Below, piece by piece: positions 51,975 through 64,000 of a stretch of DNA of 64,000 bases. The notes below the pieces were generated by a model. It did no database searches, had not been told where the DNA came from, and was given only the letters and a program-made list of their open reading frames with translations. Both the position numbers and the translations under genes were made by a program. Within the stretch, counting starts at the first letter, position 1, and each line of letters begins with the position of its first letter. Source of the DNA: an uncultured Bacilli bacterium (GTDB taxonomy: Bacteria; Bacillota_I; Bacilli_A; RF39; UBA660). Location of the stretch: assembly GCA_934096805.1 (NCBI GenBank), contig CAKOMW010000002.1:11736-75735 (forward strand). Reading direction: 5' to 3'.

Positions 51975-52823
51975 ATGAAACGCGAAGTAAAAAAAATATA
52001 CAAAAACTTTCTAGATGCTTTAAAAACACCAGAATTAATGATTCTACCAGGACAATTAGCATTCTATATCCTTATGTCAATTATTCCTATAATTGCCATA
52101 ATCTCTTTAGTAGCATCATACTTAATAAACAACTTTGATTTATACAAAACAATAAGCTCAATTGTCCCAGATGTTCTAGCATCAACAATTATAAGACTAA
52201 TCGACAATACCACAATAGGAAACGTCGCTTTCATTATAATATGCTACATCATTTTAGGTTCAAATGGCCCCTCTGCCATCATAATATCATCAAATGAAAT
52301 ATATGGTCTAAAACAACCAAACTTTATAAAGCTAAAAATAAAAGCATGCCTCATGACAATGATAATCGTGCTTTTATTCCTATTTATTATAATAATTCCT
52401 CTCTTAGGGAACATTATTCTAAAAAACATTAGCTATTACTTCCCCATGGCAGGAAGCATAAAAAATTATTATCCTATAATAACAATCTTAAAATACCTAG
52501 GCTCATTCTTAGTAATATACATGGGAATAAAACTCTTATATACACTTGGGCCTAACAAAACCATAAAAAGCAAACACACAACTCTAGGTTCAATCTTTAC
52601 AACCCTAGGCTTCATCATAACAACAGAGCTATTTGCCTTTTATATATCAAACATCGCAAGATATGACAAACTATATGGCAACTTTGCCAATATATTAATA
52701 TTACTTATTTGGATCTATCTACTAGCATACATCTTTGTCGTAGGAATGGCCATCAATGTAAATAGATACCAAAACAAGGAGTGTCAAAATGAAAAGGAAA
52801 AAAATAACAAATCTAAAAAATAA
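51975..52823 (+). CDS. YihY/BrkB-family membrane protein
   Basis: LPGQLAFY.LMSIIP motif and six TM segments. Confidence 0.65.
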   Translation: MKREVKKIYKNFLDALKTPELMILPGQLAFYILMSIIPIIAIISLVASYLINNFDLYKTISSIVPDVLASTIIRLIDNTTIGNVAFIIICYIILGSNGPSAIIISSNEIYGLKQPNFIKLKIKACLMTMIIVLLFLFIIIIPLLGNIILKNISYYFPMAGSIKNYYPIITILKYLGSFLVIYMGIKLLYTLGPNKTIKSKHTTLGSIFTTLGFIITTELFAFYISNIARYDKLYGNFANILILLIWIYLLAYIFVVGMAINVNRYQNKECQNEKEKNNKSKK

Positions 52824-54813
52824 TAAAATTGTTAAAGAAACACTAAATTTCTTCAAACAAACAAAAAAATTTATAAAAGAAAATAAACTAGTATTCATCT
52901 ATGTTATTGGAACTCTTTTAAACGGAATAATTCTAAGAGCCCTAACAACCAAAAACATCCTAGCCATATCACCAATCTTTGCAGATCTATTTGTTACAAT
53001 TTTCTTTGCTTCATTTTACTTTGTAATAAAGAAAAAATGGCGCTTCTTATACCTTTATACAATGATAATTCTATCAACCCTAATCTGCATCGCCAACATC
53101 GTCTATTATCATTACTATAGTTCTTTCATTTCCATAACATTCATATCATTTGCCCTAACTAATCGTGAAACTGGAAATACAAACGTTGTTGGAAATCTAA
53201 TTGAACTAAAATACCTATTACCAATATGGTTACCAATAGTATTCTATATACTAAATAAAAAAGAAAAGAAAAAAGAACCAGTTATTAAAAAACTAACCAA
53301 AAAAGGTAGTATGCGTATCATGTATATTTGGATGACAGTATTCTTTTTTCTGTTAATATCAACTCTAAAAGGAGTCGACTATGGTAGATTCTATAGTCAA
53401 TGGAATAGGGAATACTTAGTAAACAAATTTGGCGTATACTTATATCAAATAAATGATGTTATAAAAAGCGTTGAACCCAAAATGGCAACCCTTTTTGGTT
53501 CAGACAAAGTCTACAAAGAAGTAAATGAATTCTACAAAACAAGAAGTGATAAAAAAGACTATAAAAATGAATATACTAATATTTTTAAAGGAAAAAATGT
53601 CATAGCAATCCATTCTGAAAGCATGCAAAACGTCCTTATTAATATGAAAATAAATGGTCAAGAAATAACACCAAATCTAAACAAACTAACCAAAGAATCT
53701 CTGTACTTCAGTAACTTCCATTCCCAAGTTAGTTTTGGAACAAGTAGTGACACAGAATTCACTCTTGCCACTTCACTTTTACCTGTAAAAAGCGGTTCTG
53801 TATTCATAAACTATTCAGACAGAAAATACATTTCCATGTACCAACTACTAAAAGAACAAGGATACTATACATTCAGTATGCACGCTAACACCGGAGATTT
53901 TTGGAATCGAAACATCATGCATAAAAAACTAGGATACGACAAATTCTATGAAAAACAGTCATACCAAGAAGACGAAAAAGTAGGTTTTGGTCTATCAGAC
54001 AAATCATTCATGGAACAATCAGTAAACTACATAAAACAAATAAATGAAGAACATCAAAAATACTATGGAACCCTTATTACTCTAAGCAATCATACACCAT
54101 TTGCCTACAATGAACTATTTGAAAAATTAGACCTTACCATGACCAAAGACGGTGTCAAATATCCATACTTAACAGACACTAAACTCGGAGACTACCTAGT
54201 ATCAGCCCACTATGCCGACAAACAACTAGGCTATCTAATTGAACTATTAGAAAAAGAAAACCTTTTAGAAAACACAGTCATCATGATATACGGTGACCAC
54301 GATGCTAGAATATCAACATCCCTTTGGAATAGATACTATAACTACGATTATAAAACAAACGATGTCCTTGATAAAACCGACGAAGACTATAAAGAATTAG
54401 ACTACTACTGGCAAGAACTAAACAGAAGTACACCACTTATAATATGGACAAAAGACCAAAACTTTAAAGAAAACTATGCCAAAGAAGTAAAAACAGCAAC
54501 CGGAATGTACGATGTTTTCCCAACCCTAGGCAACATGCTTGGAATATACAGCAAATACACACTAGGAAGTGACGTCATGAGTAAAAAAGACAATCTCGTA
54601 GTATTTCCAAACGGTAACTTTCTAACAAACTATGTCTACTACAACAACAATAAAAGTCAATACAAACTATTAAAAAATGTTCCATTAAGCGAAGACTACA
54701 TCAAAGAAAAAAAACAACAAGCAGACCAAATACTAGAAATGTCCAACAACATAATAGTCTATAACTATTTCAAAAAAGAACTATCAAATAGTGAATATAT
54801 TAAGGAGAAATAA
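52789..54813 (+). CDS. LTA-synthase (LtaS)-family sulfatase-like membrane protein
   Basis: Five N-terminal TM helices plus an extracellular alkaline-phosphatase-superfamily domain (HSESMQ...T.S..H). 674 aa. Confidence 0.7.
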   Translation: MKRKKITNLKNNKIVKETLNFFKQTKKFIKENKLVFIYVIGTLLNGIILRALTTKNILAISPIFADLFVTIFFASFYFVIKKKWRFLYLYTMIILSTLICIANIVYYHYYSSFISITFISFALTNRETGNTNVVGNLIELKYLLPIWLPIVFYILNKKEKKKEPVIKKLTKKGSMRIMYIWMTVFFFLLISTLKGVDYGRFYSQWNREYLVNKFGVYLYQINDVIKSVEPKMATLFGSDKVYKEVNEFYKTRSDKKDYKNEYTNIFKGKNVIAIHSESMQNVLINMKINGQEITPNLNKLTKESLYFSNFHSQVSFGTSSDTEFTLATSLLPVKSGSVFINYSDRKYISMYQLLKEQGYYTFSMHANTGDFWNRNIMHKKLGYDKFYEKQSYQEDEKVGFGLSDKSFMEQSVNYIKQINEEHQKYYGTLITLSNHTPFAYNELFEKLDLTMTKDGVKYPYLTDTKLGDYLVSAHYADKQLGYLIELLEKENLLENTVIMIYGDHDARISTSLWNRYYNYDYKTNDVLDKTDEDYKELDYYWQELNRSTPLIIWTKDQNFKENYAKEVKTATGMYDVFPTLGNMLGIYSKYTLGSDVMSKKDNLVVFPNGNFLTNYVYYNNNKSQYKLLKNVPLSEDYIKEKKQQADQILEMSNNIIVYNYFKKELSNSEYIKEK

Positions 54814-54814
54814 T

Positions 54815-55462
54815 ATGAAAAAAGATAAAAATAATAAAAAGAACACCAAAAAAAATAAAAAAATTATAATACCAATCATAATCATATTACTAGTAGCACT
54901 ATCAATCGGAGGATACTTAATATTTAAGCAAACAACAGATAAAAGCACATCTGCAAAAACAAAAGTAGTAGACAAAATAGATAACTATGGATACACTCTA
55001 GAAAAAGATGCTACAAACCTATACAAAGAACTTTTTAAAAAACTTCAAAAAGTTCTAAATGAAAACGAAGTAAACGAAGAAGAATATGCCAAACTAATCG
55101 CTCAAATGGCATCATCAGACTTCTATACTCTAGACAATAAAATGTCTAAAAACGACATTGGAGGTTCCCAATTTATATACGAACCATATCGTAAAAACTT
55201 TGTTCTTGAAGCATCAGAAACAGTATACAAATATATTCAACATAACCTTTATGGAACAAGAACTCAACAATTACCAGAAGTAGACCAAGTAGACGTTGAA
55301 GAAATAAAACAAGAAAGTTATAAATATAAAAAAATAAACGATGAAAAAGCCTATACTGTAAAAGTAAAATTAGTATACAAAAAAGATATGGGCTACCCAT
55401 CAAACGTAACTGTAAAACTATTACACAACAACAAAAAACTAGAAGTTTATTACATGAAATAA
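54815..55462 (+). CDS. Hypothetical membrane-anchored protein
   Basis: SD AAGGAG, N-terminal TM. Confidence 0.4.
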   Translation: MKKDKNNKKNTKKNKKIIIPIIIILLVALSIGGYLIFKQTTDKSTSAKTKVVDKIDNYGYTLEKDATNLYKELFKKLQKVLNENEVNEEEYAKLIAQMASSDFYTLDNKMSKNDIGGSQFIYEPYRKNFVLEASETVYKYIQHNLYGTRTQQLPEVDQVDVEEIKQESYKYKKINDEKAYTVKVKLVYKKDMGYPSNVTVKLLHNNKKLEVYYMK

Positions 55463-55551
55463 TAAAAAAATAAGAAAAACTACAAATTAAGTAGTTTTTT
55501 CTATTAAAAATAGAAAAAATATGTTAAAATATTCTAGAAGTTGGTGATAAG

Positions 55552-56575
55552 ATGAAAACAAACGATTTTGATTACTACCTACCAGAAGAACTAATTGCTC
55601 AAACACCCTTAAAAGACAGAAGTGCATCCAAGTTAATGGTCGTAGATAAAAAAACAGGAAAAATAAAACATGAAAAATTCCAAAACATAACAAACTATCT
55701 CCATAAAGGAGACGTTCTAGTTCTAAACAACACTAAAGTAATCCCTGCCAGATTAATAGGACTAAAAGAAGAAACAAACGCTACCATTGAATTACTACTA
55801 TTAAAAGAAATAAAAAACGACACATGGGAATGCCTAGTAAAACCAGCAAGAAGAATAAAAGTAGGAACCATTGTAAAAATACAAGACAAGCTAAAATGTG
55901 AATGCATAAAATGCTTAGACGAAGGAATATGTCACTTTAAAATGATATACGACGGAATTCTCCTAGAAATACTAGAAGAACTAGGGACAATGCCACTCCC
56001 ACCATACATCAAAGAAAAACTAAAAGATCAAAACCGTTATCAAACAATCTATGCCAAACAAAGTGGATCAGCAGCCGCACCAACCGCCGGCCTCCACTTT
56101 ACCAAAGAAATACTAAAAAAACTAAAAGAACAAGGAGTAATAATCTGCTATATTACTCTTCATGTCGGACTAGGAACATTTAGACCAGTAAAAGTAGACG
56201 ATGTAAAAAAACACCAAATGCACAAAGAATACTACGAAATAGATAAAGAAACATGCGATATTTTAAACAAAGCCAAACAAGACAAAAGAAAAATAGTAAG
56301 CGTTGGCACAACTACAACCAGAACCCTAGAATCAGTAATGACTAAATATAATAAATTTATTCCAACCAAAGAAGAAACCGATATCTTTATCTATCCTGGA
56401 TATAAGTTCAAAGCCATAGACACTCAGATAACAAACTTTCATCTGCCAAAGTCAACACTAATCATGCTAGTAAGTGCCTTTGCCACCAAAGAAATAATTC
56501 TAAATGCTTATAAAGAAGCAGTAAAAAATAAATATAGATTCTTCTCATTCGGAGACTCTATGATACTGGGGGATT

Positions 56576-56589
<14 letters not shown>
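55552..56589 (+). CDS. queA: S-adenosylmethionine:tRNA ribosyltransferase-isomerase
   Basis: N-terminal DFDY.LP.ELIAQ.P...[13 protein letters not shown]. 345 aa. Confidence 0.9.
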
Positions 56590-58028
<1,439 letters not shown>

Positions 58029-58086
58029 AAAATATGATAAAATATATTAGTAGTACCCAAAATATAATAAAAAAGGAAGTGTTTTA

Positions 58087-59802
58087 ATGAAGTTAAGTCA
58101 AAACTTCTTCTATACTTTAAGAGAAGACGTAAAAAATGAAGACTGCAAAAGTAGTAATCTATTAGTAAAAAGTGGAATGATTAAAAGAGTATCAAGTGGA
58201 ATTTATATGTACATGCCTCTAGGACTAAAAGTTATTAGAAACATCGAAAAAATAGTAAGAGACGAAATGAACAAACAAGGAGCTCTAGAACTTCTAATGC
58301 CAAGCCTTCTTCCAAGTGAAGCCTATGAAAAAAGTGGTAGAAAAGAAAACTTCGGTAAAAGCATGTTCAACCTAAAAGATAGAAACAACAGAGACTATGT
58401 CCTTGGACCAACCCACGAAGAACTATTTGTAAATGCAGCATCAAGTATGATAAAATCATACAAAGACATGCCATTCACTATATATCAAATGGCCACTAAA
58501 TACCGTGACGAAGCCCGTCCTAGATACGGACTTATAAGAGTAAGAGAATTTACCATGAAAGATGCATACTCATTTGATCATACCTATGAAGGACTAGATA
58601 AATCATATAAAACAATGTTCAAAGCCTATAAAAACATATTTGACAAAATAGGACTAGACTATAAAATAGTACGAGCAGACACAGGATTAATGGGAGGACT
58701 CCTATCCGAAGAATTCCAAGCCATAACCGATATCGGAGAAGACACAATAGTAATATGTGAAGAATGTGGCTTCAGATCAAACATAGAAATATGCAAATGC
58801 GTAATCGAATACGACGACATTCCACTATCAGATAAAGAAAAAGAACTAATCCATACCCCAAACATAAAAACCATAAACGACCTAGTAGAAAATGGATTCG
58901 ATATAAATGACTTAACTAAAACTCTAATATATAAAACAGACACTGAATTAGTAGCCTGCCTCATAAAAGGAGACAGAGACATAAATGAACTAAAATTACA
59001 AAACCTACTAGAAACAAAAACACTAGAACTAGCAACTGAAGAAGAAGTAGAAAAAGTAACAAATGCTAAAATAGGTTCAATTGGACCAATAGGATTAAAA
59101 ATTCCAATCATCGTAGATAAAGAAGTAATCCTAATGCAAGACTTTGTAGTCGGAGCAAACAAAACAGACTACCACTACAAAAACGCAAACGTCTATGACC
59201 TTGACCACTATCGAGTAGCAGACATAAAAAATGTTAAAGAAAGAGATAAATGTCCAGAATGCCGAGGAAAACTAGTCTTTAAAAAAGGAATAGAAATAGG
59301 AAACACCTTCAAGCTAGGTACAAAATATTCACAACTTTTAGATCTAAAATACTTAGATAAAAATAATAGAGAAAGACATCCAATAATGGGATCATACGGA
59401 ATAGGAATTGATAGAGTACTAGCAGCAGTAATAGAACAAAACAACGACGACAAAGGAATAATATTTCCAATATCAATTGCTCCATATAAAGTAGCAATAG
59501 TTCTAATAAATAATAAAGACGAAAAACAAAAACAAGTAGCAGAAGAAATATACAATAAACTAAACGAAAAAGGTATAGACACAATCCTAGACGATAGAGA
59601 AGAAAGACCAGGAGTAAAATTCAATGATATGGACTTAATAGGTATACCAATTAGAATAACAGTAGGAAAGAAAGTAGATAAAGATAAAGTAGAAATAAAA
59701 CTAAGAAAAGAAGACACATCAAAAGACATAAAAGTAGATAAAATAGAAGAAGAAATCCAAAAACAAATAAGAAAACTATCAAGAAAAAGTAAAAAGAAAT
59801 AA
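58087..59802 (+). CDS. proS: Proline--tRNA ligase
   Basis: Class II aaRS motifs. N-terminal SQ.F..TLRE...DA...S..LL..AG.I, editing-domain insertion. 571 aa. Confidence 0.9.
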   Translation: MKLSQNFFYTLREDVKNEDCKSSNLLVKSGMIKRVSSGIYMYMPLGLKVIRNIEKIVRDEMNKQGALELLMPSLLPSEAYEKSGRKENFGKSMFNLKDRNNRDYVLGPTHEELFVNAASSMIKSYKDMPFTIYQMATKYRDEARPRYGLIRVREFTMKDAYSFDHTYEGLDKSYKTMFKAYKNIFDKIGLDYKIVRADTGLMGGLLSEEFQAITDIGEDTIVICEECGFRSNIEICKCVIEYDDIPLSDKEKELIHTPNIKTINDLVENGFDINDLTKTLIYKTDTELVACLIKGDRDINELKLQNLLETKTLELATEEEVEKVTNAKIGSIGPIGLKIPIIVDKEVILMQDFVVGANKTDYHYKNANVYDLDHYRVADIKNVKERDKCPECRGKLVFKKGIEIGNTFKLGTKYSQLLDLKYLDKNNRERHPIMGSYGIGIDRVLAAVIEQNNDDKGIIFPISIAPYKVAIVLINNKDEKQKQVAEEIYNKLNEKGIDTILDDREERPGVKFNDMDLIGIPIRITVGKKVDKDKVEIKLRKEDTSKDIKVDKIEEEIQKQIRKLSRKSKKK

Positions 59803-59907
59803 AAAAGTTGAAATAGATTAATGATTAATTCTATTTCTTTTTTTCATATACTAAACTACATAATAGTGATAATAAGCGAAATCAAGAAGATAAAAAACAA
59901 AAGGTAC

Positions 59908-59936
59908 TTGAAAAAAGTAAAATTTTGATATAAAAT
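59908..59936 (+). promoter_or_regulatory. Promoter TTGAAA-N17-TAAAAT of copy 4
   Basis: Conserved with the other copies. Confidence 0.4.
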
Positions 59937-60015
59937 TAAGTTATAGAAAACTAAAGAGGAGGACAGGTGTAACTACAAAAATTCATGCATCATGTACAAA
60001 CACCTAATAAGTAAC

Positions 60016-61613
60016 ATGGTAAACAAATATTCGCTAGGGGGGGGGGGCAAAATACTACTAACCCTATAGATAAGAAAGGGAAAACAATAAAAATAATATC
60101 AATAATAATACTTTTAATACTAATAGTAATTAGTATATCTTTTGCATTAGGAAATATTGATATAAATATACTAGGAAGAAGAAATATAAAAATATCTAAA
60201 TGCGAACTAGATATAAACTTTAAAGAAAGTGAAGAACTAATGCTAGTAAGTAAATATCCCATATCAAAAGAAGAAGCATTAAAGTATAATGCAAAAGAAA
60301 TAAATATAACAAACAATTCTACATGTGATACAGCTTATTATAAAGTAACAATAAAAGACTTAGTAAATTCATCTATAAATAAAGATAAGATTAACTATCA
60401 AGTAATAGATAAAAGTACAAATACAGAAACAATAGATAAAAACCCAGATAACTTTAATATAAGTGATTCACTTACTAAAGGAAATACAAAAACATACACA
60501 ATAAGACTATGGATAGATGAAAGTGCAACCAATACTGACTTATTTATAAATGGAGATACGACAAAACCAATGGAATACAGATATGCATTAAACATAGAAT
60601 CAAGTGATGAATATATGAAAGTAGACTATGCATTAACCTTTGCTAAGTCAAAAGTAGGAACAGACGGACTAGAAATAGTAACCCATGAAATAGATGACAC
60701 ACTTCAAGTAGATAATAAGTTTGCTACAGAATACAGATATAGAGGAGGAGATTCCATAGTAAATAACTATGTAACATTCAATAATGAAACATGGAGAATA
60801 ATAGGAATAATTCCAACAGAAGATACAGACGGTAATGTAGAAAACAGATTTAAGATAATAAAAGATGAATCTATTGGATATTATGTTTGGGATAGTGATA
60901 CCGAAATAACATATGATTATGAAATAAATAATAATTTTAATCTTTTGAATAACAATAATAATGATATAATCACCCCAAATGATTTAATTAACCATAATGA
61001 AAAATATGAAACTATACAGACAGCACCTGATTTGGGAACAAAAAAATGTACTACTTGTAGTAATAATTGGGCTAGACCTAGTGCATTGAATACATATTTG
61101 AATAGTACATATTATAATTCAATAAATACTAATTCAAAAAATATGATAGGAACAACAAAATATTATCTTGGAGGATATAATACTTCTGATATAACAAATG
61201 ATGTAATGTGGCAATATGAAAGAAAGAATGATGTCAACAGAAGTGGTTATTATTCTGATACAAATCCAGTAATGTCAAATGATGCATCTAAGAGTATTGC
61301 ATTAATGTATGCCAGTGATTATGGGTATGGAGCCTCAAAAGAGTGTCCACAAACACTAAATAACTATAAGAACGATACATTATGTAAAATGACAAATAAT
61401 TGGTTAGATAAGTCTCTAAAGGAATGGCTACTTCCACAGTATCCAGATGGTGGTAGATTGTTTTATCTTGAGTCCAGCAACGTCGAACATTACAACGGTT
61501 GGACTCTGACTTACTATTCTTTTGCAGTTCGTCCAATTTTATCTTTATCATCCAACGTAAAAATTTCAGGTGGAGAAGGAACTTCTTCTAATCCATACAC
61601 TCTGTCACAATAA
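60016..61613 (+). CDS. Poly-G phase-variable surface protein family, copy 4 (frameshifted in the G tract)
   Basis: 5' about 590 bp nearly identical to copies 2 and 3. Divergent middle. C-terminal FAVRPILSLSSNVKISGGEGTSSNPYTLSQ. Confidence 0.65.
60037..60047 (+). repeat. Homopolymeric G tract, n=11, in copy 4 (OFF; G9 or G12 would be ON)
   Basis: ATG GTA AAC AAA TAT TCG CTA G11 CAAAATACTACTAACCCTATAG gives a TAG stop. The offset to the 60240 ORF is 224 nt, which is 2 mod 3. Confidence 0.8.
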
Positions 61614-61667
61614 ATTAATCAAAACTACTTGTATAAACATTAAATAAGTAGTATATTATATATAAAG

Positions 61668-61900
61668 AAGCACGTTCCTTGAACGTCGGCTTCCTAGTTT
61701 TGTAGAAAGCGACGCTTCTCTATATCAGAGAGACGTCGCTATTGTATTACATATAAAGTTTATGTATTAACATGATGATTATATATAATTGCAATAGGGA
61801 GATTATAAAAAACATTAAGATTGTACAATCTTTCTTGCTCATCATAATAACCACCTCACTTTCATAGAAAGTAAAGCCGACGCCCAAAGATACGTGCTAA
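61668..61900. repeat. GC-rich imperfect inverted repeats (AGCACGT..CGTCGGCTT / AAGCCGACG..ACGTGCT) plus a 13-bp palindromic hairpin, flanking a 150-bp AT-rich segment between copies 4 and 5
   Basis: 61668-61710 is reverse-complementary to 61861-61898 (16 matching positions in two blocks). Hairpin GCGACGCTTCTCT-ATAT-CAGAGAGACGTCGC at 61709-61739. Confidence 0.4.
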
Positions 61901-62060
61901 TATCACTATATACTATATAGAAACACAATGCAAATGAGCAAAAATGACATTTGGTATAAAAAATAGTGCACAAAATCAAGAATTGCCCTAAGGCAAAAAC
62001 AATTTTTAATATAAAAAAGGATACTAAAAAGTACTATTTTGTATAAATTAAAAAAATTTC

Positions 62061-62089
62061 TTGAAAAAGTATTTTTTTTGTTATAGAAT
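62061..62089 (+). promoter_or_regulatory. Promoter TTGAAA-N17-TAGAAT of copy 5
   Basis: Identical geometry and near-identical sequence to the copy 1 promoter. Confidence 0.4.
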
Positions 62090-62168
62090 TAAGTTATAGA
62101 AAACTAAAGAGGAGGACAGGTGTAAACAAAAAGATATATGCATGATACGCACACACCTAATAAGTAAT

Positions 62169-63747
62169 ATGGTAAACAAATATTCGTCGGGGGGGGGGGC
62201 GGAATACTAGTAATAAAGTAAAACAAAACCCCTTATTTAAAGATATAAACGACTATAATAAATATCTATTAAGTTTAATAGGTATTCTTTTTCTTGTAAT
62301 AACAGGAGTAATCTCTTATAATCTTACAAATGCATCATATGCAAAGTGGAGTAGTAGTATAGAGTCTAAGAATGTGTTGAAGCTTAGTGTGCAATCAGGT
62401 CTTGATAAAAGTGGTGCGAATAAACCAGAACTTACAAATAATATGATACCAGTATATTATGATAGTACAAATGCAGTATGGAGAAAAGCAGATGCTAATA
62501 ATAGTAAAGAAAATTATAAATGGTATGATTATGATAATAAGATGTGGGCAAATGCAGTAACTGTTACAGAAACTAATAGGAGTACTTATCTAAGTGCAAA
62601 TGTAGGTACAGAAATAAATATGAATGATATAAATACAATGTGGGTATGGATACCAAGGTATACTTATACATATTTAAATACAAATACACCACAAGAAATA
62701 AATATAAAGTTTGAAAAAGAAACAAATAGTACAGGCACAATAAAATGTACTGATAATGTATCAGGAAGTGGTACAACATCACAAACATGTACAGATACAA
62801 CAAATGGTTCTTTAGTTGCAGGAACATCTACATATACCCACCCAGCATTTACCTTTGGAGATAAAGAACTAAAAGGATTATGGGTAGGTAAGTTTGAGAG
62901 TAGTGCAACAACAATACCAACAAGTACTTCAACAACAGAATCTACAGTAATAATAAAACCAAATGTACAATCATTAAGATATAAAGCAGTATCGTATTTC
63001 TTTCGCGATGCCCGACAAATGGAGAAAGCAAATAATGTATATGGCTTTCCACAAAGTAGTAGTACAACATTTAATTGGAATGGAGAATTAAATGGAGATA
63101 CAAATAATATAGATATCCATATGATGAAGAATACAGAATGGGGAGCAGTAACATACTTATATCATTCTAAATATGGAAGATGCACAAATGGTAAATGTGA
63201 AGAGCTAACAATAAATAACTGTAATACTTATACAACAGGAATTGGAGCAGACTCAGTAAGTGCAAGTTATTCATCAACAACATGTACAACAGATAAGAAT
63301 AAATATAATGGAGAAAGTGGAGTAAAAGCGTCAACTACAGGAAATGTATATGGTGTGTATGATATGTCTGGAGGCCCATGGGAATATACAATGGGTAACA
63401 TGGTAAACTCCTCTAATCAATTTTATACATTATCTGCATCAAACTGGAGTACAACAACATATCCATTAGCAAAGTATTATGATAGTTATACATATAATGG
63501 TAGTTATACAACATATACAAGAGGAAGATTAGGAGATGCAATAGTAGAAATGAGTCCTTCATCTAGTTCTTATACTTCGTGGTATTCAGATTTCGCCTAC
63601 TTCCCGTACTCGTCCAATTCTTGGTTCACTCGTGGGGGTCACTACAATGATGGTCCGGACGCGGGCGTTTTCGGTTTCAGCTACGAGGTTGGTATTGCGG
63701 ACCATTACCACTCGTTTCGGGCCTCGCTCATCGCACAGGCCTCTTAA
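62169..63747 (+). CDS. Poly-G-switched membrane-anchored protein with a C-terminal FGE-sulfatase (formylglycine-generating-enzyme-like) domain. It shares only the promoter/leader/MVNKYSSGGG module with copies 1-4. Frameshifted in the G tract.
   Basis: With G10 the frame gives a TM anchor YLLSLIGILFLVITGVISY continuous with ORF 62374-63747. NVYGVYDMSGGPWEYT and WFTRGGHY...FR motifs resemble the FGE/SUMF1 family. Confidence 0.55.
62189..62199 (+). repeat. Homopolymeric G tract, n=11, in copy 5 (OFF; G10 or G13 would be ON)
   Basis: ATG GTA AAC AAA TAT TCG TCG G... The T to G change at the tract edge lengthens it. A TAA follows 7 codons later. The offset to the GTG at 62374 is 205 nt, which is 1 mod 3. 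Confidence 0.8.
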
Positions 63748-63895
63748 GCCTGTTTAATATAAATAATTTTAATATTTTCATAAACTTGTTTATTTTCATT
63801 AATCAATATTTTATGTTATTAATAGTATATTATAGAACTTAAATTAAAAAAAATAGGGTGGTTTATATTACATATTTAAGTTCTAGGAGGTATAT

Positions 63896-64000
63896 ATGGA
63901 CGTATTAGTAACAAATAAATTAATAAATATATTATTGATAAGTATTGCTTTTTCAATTATACAAATGACTTTTATACAAAAGTGTAAAAAGTTTAAATGT
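63896..64000 (+). CDS. Start of a hypothetical membrane protein (3' end outside the window)
   Basis: SD AGGAGG plus ATG at 63896. Hydrophobic N-terminus. Truncated by the window edge. Confidence 0.3.
   Translation, partial: MDVLVTNKLINILLISIAFSIIQMTFIQKCKKFKC

Overview
This is a 64-kb window from a very AT-rich (about 25-28% GC) Gram-positive-type genome that uses the standard genetic code (long ORFs read through TGA). Almost all genes are on the + strand, and only two plausible minus-strand genes were found. Core content is ordinary housekeeping: mutS, rsmI, dnaI, an RNB exoribonuclease, typA, alr, ezrA, pcrA, rplS, lepB, a PBP2, rpmG, efp, tRNA-Gly, a MacB-type ABC pair, glmM, an OmpR-type two-component pair, htrA, sufB, ssb, gatCAB, ltaS-family, queA, tgt and proS. 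Interspersed are five loci (about 6.7, 36.2, 44.4, 59.9 and 62.0 kb) that share one expression module. The module is a sigma-A-like promoter, a conserved leader, the start M-x-N-K-Y/H-S-S, and then a homopolymeric G tract of 9, 10, 10, 11 and 11 bases sitting in codons 8-11. Only the G9 copy is in frame. The other four are one or two G out of frame and would be restored by +/-1 to 2 G slippage. The module heads a family of N-terminally anchored surface proteins built from mosaic cassettes, and once heads a protein with a formylglycine-generating-enzyme (FGE-sulfatase)-like domain. This looks like a previously unrecognised poly-G phase-variation system. Other accessory features are a tRNA-Gly-associated 2.2-kb islet carrying a tmk-like pseudogene plus UDG-family and MazG-like genes, a HipBA-like toxin-antitoxin pair, a prepilin-type gene co-oriented with one variable copy, and several repeat and hairpin elements.
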